A DNA stretch of 62,509 nucleotides, counting the filler, from Dugesia japonica (lineage: Eukaryota): NCBI GenBank assembly GCA_001938525.1. It is 5 parts of 5 records of this genome, joined end to end, with 100 filler letters (N's around TTAATTAATTAA, not from the genome) between each part and the next. Parts side by side here need not be neighbours in the genome. Positions count along the whole stretch, not along the records: positions 1 to 17,913 come from MQRL01611271.1; 4 more parts are not named here. One strand, written 5' to 3'. This document shows positions 1 through 12,496 of this stretch, piece after piece. The position numbers and the translations under genes were made by a program. Positions within the stretch are counted from its first letter, which is position 1, and each line of letters starts with the position of its first letter. A model generated the notes under the pieces. It was given only the letters and a program-made list of their open reading frames with translations. It was not told the DNA's origin and did not search any database.

Positions 1-70
1 AAATTTGGCTGGTTGCCAAAAGTGGGCTGAAAATTTGGCTGATTGCCAAAAGTGGGCTGAAAATTTGGCC
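1..70. repeat. 30-bp tandem repeat (~2.3 copies), followed by a GC-rich hairpin at ~77-102
   Basis: AAATTTGGCTG(G/A)TTGCCAAAAGTGGGCTGA repeats at 1, 31 and 61. GAGCCTACCCCC-GG-GGGGGTGGGTTC can fold. Truncated by the window start. Confidence 0.7.
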
Positions 71-912
71 GTCGCCGAGCCTACCCCCGGGGGGGTGGGT
101 TCTGCCCAGCGCCATGCAAGTGGGCTGATGCGCCACTATCCCCCTACTAATATCTTCTGTATAATAACTTATGATTTAATTTTTTTTGATATCATGATCT
201 TGCAATTGTTTCATGCCTGCAATTCAAACGGTCCTTAAATATTCGCAAGTAGACATATTTTCCTGTCGGCAATAAAAGCACATTAATTATTGGACTTACT
301 TTGGCCGTTTTTGTGCGATATAATTTAATTAACTCTTCTTTAATTCAATCATAATTTGATATATTATTTCTAAAATTTGGAATTGATCTTAATTCTAGCC
401 TTGCATTTTCTTCTAAACTGTTCATCATTTTTTCAGATGTTTCTGTTGGGTTAGTTATGTTTTGATCTGTAAAAAACTTCTCTATCTCCGATATATGATT
501 ATGGATATTTTCATTTATCTGGAGTTGCTTGTGTAAATTCGTATTTCCTTGAAGGAATTTGAGAAAATCTTCTAAAACTACTCTTGTTTTATAACTAAAA
601 GGAACTAGATACACAAAATATATTTAAAAAAAGCCGATTACAATTAGTTCGACTAAACAACATCTATTTCTACATTAAGTATAAGCATTAACACCAGTTG
701 GAATATTTGTAGATGTATTATCACGATGTGGTGCAAATAAATTAAGTAGTGAAGGTATTTTGAAATTTCTCTTTAGTTTTCTTAAAAATAATGTTTCTAT
801 ATTATTGAAGTCAAATTTAAATTTGAAATGCGCCTAACTAGTTCACAATTGAATACTCAGAATGAATTTTACATCTAAATTTATGGAATCTGCTAAATCT
901 TTCATATCGATG

Positions 913-1635
913 GAAATATTAGTAGTATTGACAGAACATATTAGTAGTATTGACCGAAAATATTAGTAGTATTGACAGAAAATATTAGTAGTATTGACAG
1001 AACATATTAGTAGTATTGACCGAAAATATTAGTAGTATTGACAGAACATATTAGTAGTATTGACAGAAAATATTAGTATTATTGACAGAAAATATTAGTA
1101 TTATTGACAGAAAATATTAGTAGTATTGACAGAACATATTAGTAGTATTGACAGAACATATTAGTAGTATTGACCGAAAATATTAGTAGTATTGACAGAA
1201 ATATTAGTAGTATTGACAGAACATATTAGTAGTATTGACAGAACATATTAGTAGTATTGACAGAACATATTANNNNNNNNNNNNNNNNNNNNNNNNNNNN
1301 NNNNNNNNNNNNNNNNNNNNNNATATTAGTAGTATTGACAGAACATATTAGTAGTATTGACCGAAAATATTAGTAGTATTGACAGAAAATATTAGTAGTA
1401 TTGACAGAACATATTAGTAGTATTGACNNNNNNNNNNNNNNNNNNNNNNNNNNNNNNNNNNNNNNNNNNNNNNNNNNNNNNNNNNNNNNNNNNNGAAAAT
1501 ATTAGTAGTATTGACAGAAAATATTAGTAGTATTGACAGAACATATTAGTAGTATTGACAGAAAATATTAGTAGTATTGACAGAAAATATTAGTAGTATT
1601 GACAGAACATATTAGTAGTATTGACAGAAAATATT
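913..1635. repeat. 22-bp minisatellite
   Basis: Head-to-tail ATATTAGTAGTATTGAC(A/C)GAA(C/A) units with no unique spacers; two N gaps inside. Confidence 0.95.
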
Positions 1636-4600
1636 TCGAAAACATTAAAACAATAATTAACTTAATGTTGAAATTTTTTATTTAGGAATTTAATAAATTT
1701 AATTAACTGACTGAATTACATTGAATTTCAATTTAATAAATTTGACATGTGGAATATTCAGCCAACATCGTCGAATAAACGAGCATAATTTTCCAACAGC
1801 AGTACATTGTAAGATCTTCACAAAGACTCGTCTATCTAATAATGTTATCGATGTTTTCCTGTTTTTAATTTATTTATATATTAGATTGAACTATTTATAT
1901 TTTATACTATTATTATAACTATAGTTTTTCTTAACAGATAATTCTCTAGGAAAAACAGAAATCAAAACAAATACGTCATAAAACAATGATGAGAAATAAT
2001 TATTTTGAAAGATTCTCGAGAAGTCTCTGTTTCTAACTATTCTATGTTCATAATGGTAGTAAATAAGATGTTTGTTAAATATAATCAGAATTTCGTCAAA
2101 TATTTCTCCAAAACAAATTCTCGGAAATGTTAATAAAAAAAATTATTTATTCTTTATTTAAATAATTTTAATACAAATTTATAAATTTTTATTTAATTTG
2201 AAATATACAGGTGGCATTATTTGAAAGGGGAACCATGGCAACAATGAGAGTAATCTTCTTTAAAATAACTTTATTTCATAACATCGCTCTTCATACTGTT
2301 ACACCACCTTGCTGCCATTTAATTGACATTCAGTTTATCTCTTAATAACAGTTAACAAAGTCGTATAAGAAAATGTTATTGAAATTTTAATTTGATGATT
2401 CATGAATCAGTAGTACTGATACAAGAATGTTGTAGACGTTAATAATTGAATATAACTGAGTTGACGATACGAAAGATTTTCACGATTTTTCTAAAAAGTT
2501 ACCAAACCTTTCGCAATGTTTTCTTATTAAATACTTCGCAATTGAGCAAGATAGAAATAAATACAATAATCTTATTGTAATATTTTACATCTAGCTACTC
2601 TTTAGTTATATTCCTGCTTGTCAAAAGGTTTTGTTGTGATTTTTCTTTCCCGGTGGTAGTGTGTGTGTCTTGTTGTTTTCCCGTAATTCAGAGAATAATT
2701 CAATGAACTCCATTTTCATTAATAGAACAGAAAGAATGATAGTATCATTGTATCTCTATATTTATTGGATAGAACCGATTTATAGAAGGAAATGAACTAG
2801 AATTGTTTGTTACAATAGCGGATCGATAAAGAGCATTTCACAAAACATTTGTAACAATTTAATTTGATTCGATAGTCATTTCTTGACAGTTCTTCTTCCA
2901 TTCAAATAATTCTCGGATAAACCCTTCCATCACCAGTAAGTTATACTTCGATAAAAGCAGTTTGACACAAGCAAATTAACTGATTACATTTTACCAGCAA
3001 TATAATCCAAAGACAATTTATTTTCAATTAAACTATTAATTGAAAATTAGTAAACGATTATTTTTGTAAATATTATTTACATTAGAGAAATTTATGACAT
3101 AAAATAACACCAAATAGAATCAATCTCACAATTAAAATTATTCAATGTTTTATTGGCTAAAATTTTTTGAAATTATTCCATCTTTCATGAAATTATGAAA
3201 TTAAAATAAGTAATTACAGTTGCTTAATTTTTCCAACTTTCACCAATTCAATAATGTTAGTTCTCATCTAGCTCTCATCTAGTTCAATATTAGTTATCAT
3301 AATATGTTTACGAGAAAAGTTGGTTTTATTTTACCAGTAATAATTTTTTATTGTTTTTTTATAATTTCAGATNNNNNNNNNNNNNNNNNNNNNNNNNNNN
3401 NNNNNNNNNNNNNNNNNNNNNNNNNNNNNNNNNNNNNNNNNNNNNNNNNNNNNNNNNNNNNNNNNNNNNNNNNNNNNNNNNNNNNNNNNNNNNNNNNNNN
3501 NNNNNNNNNNNNNNNNNNNNNNNNNNNNNNNNNNNNNNNNNNNNNNNNNNNNNNNNNNNNNNNNNNGATAAGGCTTCGATCAAAACAAAACAAAATTTAT
3601 TTGTAAAACAAGTTCAAATTTTTGACAATAGTCTTCTTCAAATATCAAAAAGCTTATTGAAAAATGTTTAGAAAAATCCCAGATTGTTTGATAATTACCA
3701 ATCAAATAGTGCGAAAATTACAATTAAAACAAAGTAGGGCCGCAAATCTTGATTGGTAAATGTTTTTTAAAAAGAAAATGTTTATTTAATTAAAGAACAC
3801 TTGTGATTGTCCTAACCGGCCCTCTTTTATAGAAATTTAATGAAAATTACTGAAAATTTACTTGTTAAAAAATATTTACTTATAGGTTTTTATGTAGCAA
3901 TTTTAAGTTAAATATAGGATTTTTATGGATTTATATAATCTAATAAACCTGTTAAACTCCACACGTGATAAACTAATGTACATACAAAAGCAATATATAG
4001 ACTTCCCTTTTCCAAGCTTTTATGATTTTTTAAAGAAAAGTTCCACTTTGAATATTTTACCAAGTAAATATCCACGGACTTTTCTCTTTGGTTATTTTAT
4101 AATAAAATTATACAAAGACTAACCTATCTTAAACAACACACCATAACTATGCATTTAATACAAATAATCTACGATAAATAAGTAAATAATTCAAATATTA
4201 CACTTGTACTGTGAAAATAGTACATCGGTACTATGTGAATATTATATAAATAAAATGAAGAGTTTTAACGTACATTTAATTAAAAGATTAAGATATATGA
4301 TTTTGGTACCATGGATAATAATTGCATTCCTATGGTAATACGACTTTAATAATTTATTTGAAAATTTATATTATATTCATAAATCTGTCTTACAATACAA
4401 ATGCATCATAACTACAATTATGGTGCATTTGAATGGTAATATTATCACCATAATTACATTTATGATAATATGAATTAAAATTAGTAATATAAAATTATAA
4501 AATTTAGCAATCAAAATTTTTATTCATTGTTAAATTTTATATTACTATTTTTAATTTTATATTGTAATAAATGTATAAATGGTATATTTGAAATTTCAAA

Positions 4601-4763
4601 ATGGTGAGAATTTATTATTTCTTTTATTAGTCAATTAAATTTTAAATAAAAATTGTTTTTTAAAGTTAATTTTATTGAAATTTAAATAAATCTATTAAAA
4701 TATGGTTAAAGTTTCCTTTATTATATGGTTAATGTTGTTTAAACGTTCCATTATTATATAGTC

Positions 4764-4946
4764 TGTTAGGTAAATCTTCAATTGATAATTAGTTTTCCAA
4801 TGCACAACTAATATTTTTAACATCATTTTATTTCACTTCTACAAAACATGTTTGATAAGATAATTATAAGTGATTACAATTAATTAAATATTAATATTCA
4901 ATTTAATTGATTTCTATTAAATGAAATTAATAATTATTTCCTTATA
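4764..4946 (-). repeat. 3' LTR of Ty3/Gypsy element, copy 1
   Basis: Homologous to 20533-20723. On the minus strand it follows a polypurine tract (AAGAAGGGG) downstream of integrase, begins TATAAGG and ends ...CCTAACA. Confidence 0.7.
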
Positions 4947-6785
4947 AGCCCCTTCTTAAGAAACTTTCTATGTTTTTACACATTTCTTTCAAATCGCTAT
5001 CCATTTTCCCCTTGTATCGCACATCTGATTTCGTAAATTTTCTCAATTATCCGATAAGGTCCTTCAAATCTGTCTTGACTTTTATTTCTTGTTTCTACAT
5101 TGATGAGTTACAAAATCACCTTTTTTGAATTCTCTGTAAGTTATCATGCCAGAAGTGTTATTTTAAGGATATCTGAAACGTCTGACTCAAACTACTTTTC
5201 CCTGCAGATTTTCTTCCAAAATAAGATCTCATAGGGCTCTTTCTAGTCGTCTGCTTACTTGTTGCGTTCAGTGTAAATTTTATTTCCGGTAAAGATTTAC
5301 ACAATATGTTGTCTTTTGTTATTGAAGTGTTGCATTAATTAAAATTCGAATTGTCTTGAACTGTCTTTCAATTTTTCCGTTTGAATTGCGATGATAGCCT
5401 CTAAAAAAGCAAGGTTTAATAACTAGCTTCAGTGCAAACACTTTTATAACTCTGGATTCAAAAGCTTTTCCACAATCTAATCTTATCTCTCTTGGACATC
5501 CAAATCTCAGTGTCCCCTTTTCAAAAATAGCTTTTCGTACTGTTTCTTCGTTTTATCTAGAAAATGGAATAATAAATGGTATAATATTTACTGTACTGGT
5601 CGATTATTTCAAGAATATAATTTTTCCGTCCACTTGTTTCTAATATTGGCCCACGTATATATGTGAATATCACTAAAGAATCAATTGGTAGCTTCTAATC
5701 TTTTTGTCTTCTCTTTAGTTGCTGTCGTTCTATTTTGGTCTTGTGACAAATTTCACAACTAGGAACTATCTTCTAAATTTGGTTCTACAGGTTCTTCACA
5801 ATATATGTGTATTTCATATATTCGTAGACGTTTTCAATTTCTACATGACATAATAATTTGCGTATTTCTTCTATTGTCTCATGTATTTTGTCATCCGGAA
5901 TTTAGATTTTCTTGATCAAATCTGTTTCCTCAGAAATGCTTAAATGATCTTCTTTTTCCTTTTCAATTATGTTCAGTATTCTCGTTTTTATCGTCTCTTT
6001 CTTGACATCTTCATGTGAAATTTTACATTGTACACATACTTCGTATCTTAATCTAGATAACATATATGTATTAATATATTGATTTCCTTTCCCATATTCC
6101 AAATCATGTCTAAACTACTCAGATAATTAATATATGTCTGAAATTGTGACGTAATTGGTTTCTTCATCGTCATCATGAAGGTTGGCTTTATGATCTGTTC
6201 TAATTGTAAATTTTCTAACGTACAAGTAAGATTTGAAATGCATAAAGAAATACTAAACAGCCAATATTTCCTTTTGTGTAATGCAATATCCCTTTTTAAA
6301 ACTCGTTATTGAGTTTTATATGCAACAAATCTTTCTCTTCTTTCTTTATCTCTCTGTGACAATAATGCTCCGATTGTATCAAAACTGGCTTCAGTATCTA
6401 ATATAAATTCTCTGTTTATATCTGGAAAACACAATATTGGTGTAGTCATTAAAGATTTCTTTAGACCCTCAAAAGTATCTTATTTTCCATCTGTCCATTT
6501 TAATTTCTTATTGCTTGGTCTGCTACACAACTGCTCTAAGATTCTTAATTTTCTTGCGTGGTTTTCTTTAAACTTTCTGTAATAATTACAAATTCCCAAG
6601 AAACTTCGCAGCTTCTTCACACAGTTAGGTTTGGCGTATGTTCTTATTGCTTCTATTTTAGACGGATCAGTTCTAAAACCGTCCCTGATAAGTATGTGTC
6701 CAAGAAATTTGATTTTGCTTTGAAAAAACTGACACTTTTCGCGATTAATTCTTAAACCAGCCTTCATTATTTCCATCAATAATAC
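4947..6785 (-). mobile_element. Ty3/Gypsy pol remnant (RT C-terminus, RNase H, integrase), degraded
   Basis: GLRINREKCQFFQSKIKFLGH...KKLRSFLGICNYYRKF (RT); FILDTEASFDTIGA and FTIRTDHK (RNase H); integrase region homologous to 20990-21427. Many stops. Confidence 0.9.
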
Positions 6786-7041
6786 TGTTGGAGTCCCAAC
6801 TGAGTTAAGTGGAAAGGTTTGTGGCTGGGGAAAAACAGCCCTCAGGGAGACCCGTTCAAGAATTTGACCTACCGCCCCTAGGGTAGGTTTTCAGTTCATA
6901 GCGGTTGACCCCTTCTCTTAATGGGAGGTACGCACCTATAAACCTTTATATTCGGGTTCATTGTTTTCCCTATCGTTACTAACTCAAGAAAGAAATTACG
7001 ATTCTGATTGCATACATTTTATTTGAAGAAAAAAAAAATTA

Positions 7042-7425
7042 TTATAGTAAATCCAGTGCCCCTGGATCCAACCGCTGGTTTGGTTCAGTCACCAAGAAGT
7101 TTAAGGCGGGGGTGTCATCATCGTCGTCCCATTGCGCCACTGTTGGGTTGCCTATTTGTCAGGATAGATCGGCAATGTATTATTTCAAGAACTCGATCTT
7201 CCTCAGTAACAATTGCTTATTTTTGGCTTCCAAGGCCTTTGTTTGAACTACAAGGTCATTCTGCTTTTTTACAATTATAACTAATTTCTTAATCAGTCTG
7301 TCCTTCTGCGACAATTGTTTAAGTAAGGTTCGGTCTATCTTACGTTTTAAATGCCTTTCGATAAGCAGTCGGCGCATGATGCGATGGCACCGACGAAGAC
7401 TGGTCGGAAAATTGATGTGTGGCAC
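7042..7425 (-). pseudogene. Insertion cassette 4: ~127-aa basic/coiled-coil ORF with two premature stops
   Basis: The frame continues past the TAA at 7180 as *YIADLS*QIGNPTVAQWDDDDDTPALNFLVTEPNQRLDPGALDLL*. Preceded by TTTTAG acceptor; followed by AATAAA (7018-7023). Confidence 0.5.
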
Positions 7426-7562
7426 TAAAATAAATTAAAGTTAATTCTCAAATAAAATTTACACAATGACTGAGATGAATACCCACACAATGAAAAACAA
7501 TGAAAAGAAAATCCATAATAAGGTTCAAACACAAGGTTTATTAACAAAAAATAGTGTGTGGA

Positions 7563-7921
7563 TTAACTCTTAGGGGTCTGTGTGCTTTTCTCGAACATCA
7601 AGTGTTCGAGCGGCATGGAAGCCTTCAACTTCAAAACATCCCCTACCAGTTTATTTTCTCGGTCTTGGTAGGACCGGATCATGTCAACTAGTGACTCCAC
7701 TTGCCCCTTCCACACTCTTTCTTGGGCATGGGAGGCCTCGACTTCCTTTCTGAAAGCCAAACATTTTTTTCGGTAGAAGCTTACCTTACTATTAGCGTTG
7801 GATGTATCCGCCTCCTACTTACATTTAGCGAGACGATAAAGATCCCACGTCATCTCGCGGTCCTCGCTGTCCTCTCGCACCTTTTTTGTAGGAGCCGAAA
7901 TACGATTCAGTGAAGAGTGCA
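7563..7921 (-). pseudogene. Insertion cassette 3: coiled-coil ORF with one stop and one frameshift
   Basis: HSSLNRISAPTKKVREDSEDREMTWDLYRLAKCK*...LAFRKEVEASHAQERVWKGQVESLVDMIRSYQDRENKL. Acceptor TATTTAG at 7922-7928; AATAAA at 7537-7542. Confidence 0.5.
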
Positions 7922-8087
7922 CTAAATATTATTATGGTTAAATATGATAATTACAAGGGCTATTGGATTAATATTAAGAAAACGAAAGATCATCTCATGC
8001 AACAAAAGAAATATAATGCAAGAATACCAAACTTTTATTTATTTATTTCTTTTTTATTTATAATTTATTTCAAGCAACAGACAAAAT

Positions 8088-8441
8088 TTAGGTAGTAGGA
8101 TTAATATTGTTGATAGTAGGGGCCGTATTCTCACTGTCGATGACACCAGACGGTTCCCTAATTCCCCACACGAGGTTAGTTATAAACGCCTGTACAGCAG
8201 GAGCTGGGGGTAGGGTGGGTGCCTGGTAGAAGGAGGTTGCAAGAGTGCGATCTGGGCCTGTCCAATTCTGATATCGCTGCCTCTCACCAAAATCTCTTAT
8301 CCGAGAGATAATTGACTCTACTGGAGGTAAGTTAGTCCTATCGACTAAGATTCCAGCATCAAGATTGTGGGGATTATGATGCCGGCACAAAATGAGTTGT
8401 CGGGTTTTCCTATTCACGATTCTTTCCCAGATGGACTCCAT
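8088..8441 (-). CDS. Insertion cassette 2: intact 117-aa unknown protein
   Basis: ATG-to-TAA ORF, GC-richer than its flanks. Acceptor TTTATAG lies 1 nt before the ATG; AATAAA at 8034-8058. Confidence 0.55.
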   Translation of the reverse strand: MESIWERIVNRKTRQLILCRHHNPHNLDAGILVDRTNLPPVESIISRIRDFGERQRYQNWTGPDRTLATSFYQAPTLPPAPAVQAFITNLVWGIREPSGVIDSENTAPTINNINPTT

Positions 8442-8592
8442 TCTATAAATAATAGGAATTCTAATATGCAGTTTCCTTTAAATTAATCAATAGTAAATGA
8501 AATACACATCAAAATAGAACGAAACAACTTGAATTTTTTATTTTTATACACCAAAGGCTATTAACCTCTTACACTCTTATGTTAAGCGGTGT

Positions 8593-8775
8593 CTATTCCC
8601 CATCTAAACCTACGGATATCAATAGAGGAAACATTTCCGCAAAACACTGGAGATCGGTTTCATCCGGGTGTTCAATCCGCCCCTTGGTTAATAGGTGGGA
8701 AATCAACTGTTTTAGTCGCGTAGATCGTCGTTGTTGCCTAATTCATTTGAGCGTATGATGCAACTCGTCTGGCAT
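8593..8775 (-). pseudogene. Insertion cassette 1: 60-aa ORF with one internal TGA
   Basis: MPDELHHTLK*IRQQRRSTRLKQLISHLLTKGRIEHPDETDLQCFAEMFPLLISVGLDGE*. Acceptor TTTTTTTAG ends at 8779; AATAAA at 8537-8542. Confidence 0.4.
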
Positions 8776-11239
8776 GAACTAAAAAAATGAATTATAAGTC
8801 TCAGACAAATGATTCCGAGTCCTGCACAACTACTTTACCCCCCGGTCATGTCTGCTTAAGATAGCACCCCATCCATCCGTACTGTATCGTTCACCAAATA
8901 ATTTTAGCTTAAACTCATGGGTAGTGAAGGGGAATGATGTGCAACATTCGTCATACTGAGGATAATGAGTTTTATTTATTTTTGAAGGATGACGATCTAT
9001 ACACTTCGACAAGTATACTGAACATAATAATAATAATACTAAGGGTAATGAAGATGATTTTAATATGATTAATAGTAAACCCATAATATCAATCATTAAT
9101 GATAATTCTAATAAAGTAAGAGTTGATACTAACGATAACAATGATATTGACTCTAATAATGTAGTATTAATCATAATAACAATAATCATAATATTACTAG
9201 CAATGTTATCCACTATGAGAGTGGAAATAGCATTAGTAACAATAATATCAATGATACTAAAGATTTTACTACTAGTGATGTCACTGGTACGATAATAAGA
9301 GTGATGATTTTAATAGTAATACTATGATAACTATAACTGTATTACTACTAACAATAATAATACTAATGTGAATAAAACTGATGTTAATAATAATAGGAAT
9401 ATCAATAGTACTTTTAATATTAGGATTGTAAATAATAAATTAAGAGAACCGCAATTCTATCAATTATGATGAATTTAAATTTCTTCTGGAGTTATATAAT
9501 TCGATTTTCCGTATTTTGCTGTTACCTAGAAACATCCTATGGTGATATGATTATGATAACTTCCTTTGAGTTGGTATGGAAGTATAATGTTCCGTTGTAG
9601 GTGTTTGGCCGAAGCGAACCCGGAATGACAGTATTATATAACTACTCACTCATCAGAGTATGCACACTCTAACCGATAATGCAATTCATGATCCAATCTA
9701 TACACCAACTACAACTCATGAGCGAAATGGGTTAACTTGGTATTGCTGGAAAATTTATCAATTAGGGAATTACTCATTGATTTAAACTCTCTATCCATGC
9801 CTAGTGGAANNNNNNNNNNTTTAGACATATCAATGGATTTTTCATTTCTAGATTTTACAAGTAATTTGTTGTTTTTGTTAAATAAACGATTAAAATTACA
9901 ATGTATTTTCTCTTTTAATTCTTGAATGTGGGAGCTATGATCATAAAATTAAACCGATCTGTTTATCAGTGTTGGTACAGATTTCTGTATTCTTAATTAT
10001 AAAAGGTTTAGTTCAAAAATCAAAATATTTTGTAACTACTTATTCAATTTACGGAGAGATCGAGTGGGAACTACCTAAAAAATATATTTTATTATTTAAA
10101 AAAAGGCGTTGCATCTAAATTTTATCACTTAATAAATTTACGTGAAAAATTAACATCAAGATTTTCATATATAAGAATTTATTACCATAAATAATATGTA
10201 AATTTACCANATAAAAACATTTATCATAAACAGAATAATATTTTACTTCTTGTTGGTACTAAAAGATTTCTGCAACGGGTTTTTTGTGAATAGTTAATTG
10301 ACTTGGCAATTCCTGGTTTTTCACCTGGGGTTTGATATTCCTTTATTTTCCTTTTTCTGGTAGAAAGAGAAATTAACCACAACACAATTAGGTATTTAAA
10401 TTACTGTAGTTCTCCGATATTTCACGACAAATTGGTGCGCGATAATTAATTAATAAGTTTCGTTTGAGGATTGAACAATTAATTTTCTTGACAATTCGTT
10501 AATTTTGATGATTCGCAATTAAATTTTCACTGATTATTTCACGTACGTGAATATGCAAAATTTTTTGTGTTTTTTCTGTTAAAGTCAGGGGTTTTTTTAT
10601 ACGATTTCTGAGACACCCCGACTTGTCTGGCATTGGCCAGTTATTTTTAATTTGGCTAATTTGAATTTTATTGGATCTGGTGCCAATCTTCCAAGAATTT
10701 TGGAGTTCTGATCGATAGTTATTTTTAGACTGGCACATGATAACTGTGTCTTTGTTTTACTTTTACTTTTAGATATCTGATTGGTTTGACCTTGTGGACT
10801 CTACAACAACCCTCTGGAAGGTGGTAGGTTTTTTCTATTTAGCAATTCTGATGCATCTTGTTGCTCCTTTTTCATATTCTCTTGTCCGGGTTCTTTTCAA
10901 CTTTCTTGACCGAAGTTATCTGGTTAAAACAGATTTTTAACTAATTTCGCTTCTTTTTATTTTTAAAATTAATTAATTTTCATTTGTTAATTAATTATTT
11001 TCCATATCGCTTTTCTTAATTGTTGATTATTAATTTAATAATTTTTCTTAATTTCCAATCGTAAATTGCTTTTATGTTACCCGGTTCTTCATATTCATCG
11101 TTGATTTTATTTNNNNNNNNNCTAATGGTGATTACATGCTTTATATTTCATTATTGGTAACTTTAGTGTTTCTGCTATTCTTTTCCGTTGATTTGGCTTC
11201 TCGGCCTTATTCCCGTTTAGCGGGTAATTCACCCCAACA

Positions 11240-11900
11240 ATACTCTGTCGATTACTTCAAAGTGTTGATCTTTATTTTTCGTAAATATTGGAATGTCATC
11301 AAGATAAACCATGACTCCATTGATTCCGCCAACCACTTTTTTTGTGATCTACTCTTGAAATGTACCTGGTACCACTGCAATGCCAAATGACATTCTATTA
11401 AAACAATATTGTCCATGTTTCGTTGAAAACGCCGTTTTTTCTTGAGCTCTACATGATAGTACACATTTCTCAAATCTATTGAACTGAAATATTTGGCTTC
11501 ATCAAACTTGTCCAACATTTCATCGACATTAGGCATCGGGAAGGCTTGTCTTTTCGCTACTGCATTCAATTGTCTAAAATCCAAACATATTCTGATGTTT
11601 TTCTTTTCCTCTTTCCAAACACAGATCAGTAGGTGATCCATGGTGAGTTGCATTTCCGGATAATAATATTCTCGAAAAGGTTTTAGATAGCTTCTTTTCA
11701 ATTTTAGATTCTAAATTCATTGGTTGACTATACGGTTTTACGTTGATTGGTTCACCACTTGTGATTATTTTGTGTCTTATCAGATGTGTACGCCCTACAT
11801 CCAATTTATCTTCCCTAAAAGCATCTTCTTTACTTTCAATTATTTTTATAATCATTGATCCTCTTTAATCTTCAAAATGTTTAAAGCTCTTCAATCGTTC
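11240..11900 (-). mobile_element. Ty3/Gypsy reverse transcriptase N-terminal part (continuation of copy 1)
   Basis: HKIITSGEPINVKPY and IRICLDFRQLNAVAKRQAFPMPNVDEMLDKFDEAKYFSSIDL are Gypsy RT motifs; frameshifted. Confidence 0.92.
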
Positions 11901-12496
11901 TTCTTTTTTAATTTGTCTCCAAAATTTCGCTTAAATATTACAAATGTAATTTGTAACTTTTTCATCCGCTTTGCTATCAACCTTTCGCATAAGCTGATAT
12001 CCAAAGTAACTTCTTTGCAAACTTAATCAATTTTCACTCCAGTTCTAACTAACTAAAATCTTTTTTAAACAGTTTATTTCCAAGAATTTAACTTTAAAAA
12101 AATTAATTGAATCATTTCGAAGCTTTTAAAATTTATTTTAACAGAAAAATTTTTAAAAATTCTTAATAAACAAGGCACTTACTAAACTTAAATTATCACT
12201 TAGAAAAACATAAAAAACTTTTAACAAATTGTTTAAATATGAATTAAATTTGACCTTCTAGCTGTTTTTGTATTTTTGAAAAAATATTTGTGAATAAATT
12301 TTGACATTATAAATTTATTTAGATGTAAATTAAATTATTAATTAAAATTTCGTAACATCGTAAAATTGAATTAGTTTACAACTCTTCAGGTTAGGTCTGA
12401 GTGAATTTAGCTAGTTACAAATGAGGTCATAAAACTTTTCAATTTTTATTATTTCATTGATTTTCAGTGATTTTCAATTATATATTAATTCTATAG

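Larger units (their letters stand above)
6786..11239 (-). mobile_element. 4454-bp insertion splitting the Gypsy RT; TG...CA termini and 4-bp TSD ATAC (candidate giant solo LTR, or Ginger-like non-autonomous element)
   Basis: Left junction ...CAATAATAC|TGTTGGAGT, right junction ACCCCAACA|ATACTCTGTC. The paralogous empty site at ~21835-21850 reads TCATCAATACTCTGTC. Terminal 9-mers are an 8/9 inverted match. Confidence 0.8.

Noticed and set aside
913-1635. CRISPR array
   Set aside because: Units are contiguous with no unique spacers, there are no cas genes, and the context is eukaryotic.
3304-3671. ORF-track entries dominated by X (also ~27910-28202, 43471-43701, 47381-47741)
   Set aside because: Artefacts of N gaps.
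7390-7410. CCGACGAAGAC-TG-GTCGGAAA resembling the pLTR hammerhead
   Set aside because: Core mismatches, no stem I, and it lies antisense within an ORF; likely chance.
8830-9295. Overlapping 127-aa and 76-aa ORFs (hydrophobic or Asn/Ile-rich)
   Set aside because: They arise largely from degenerate AAT trinucleotide sequence; not counted as a cassette.
9630-9665. Hammerhead core CTGATGAG on the minus strand
   Set aside because: No stem II followed by GAAA and no closing stems.
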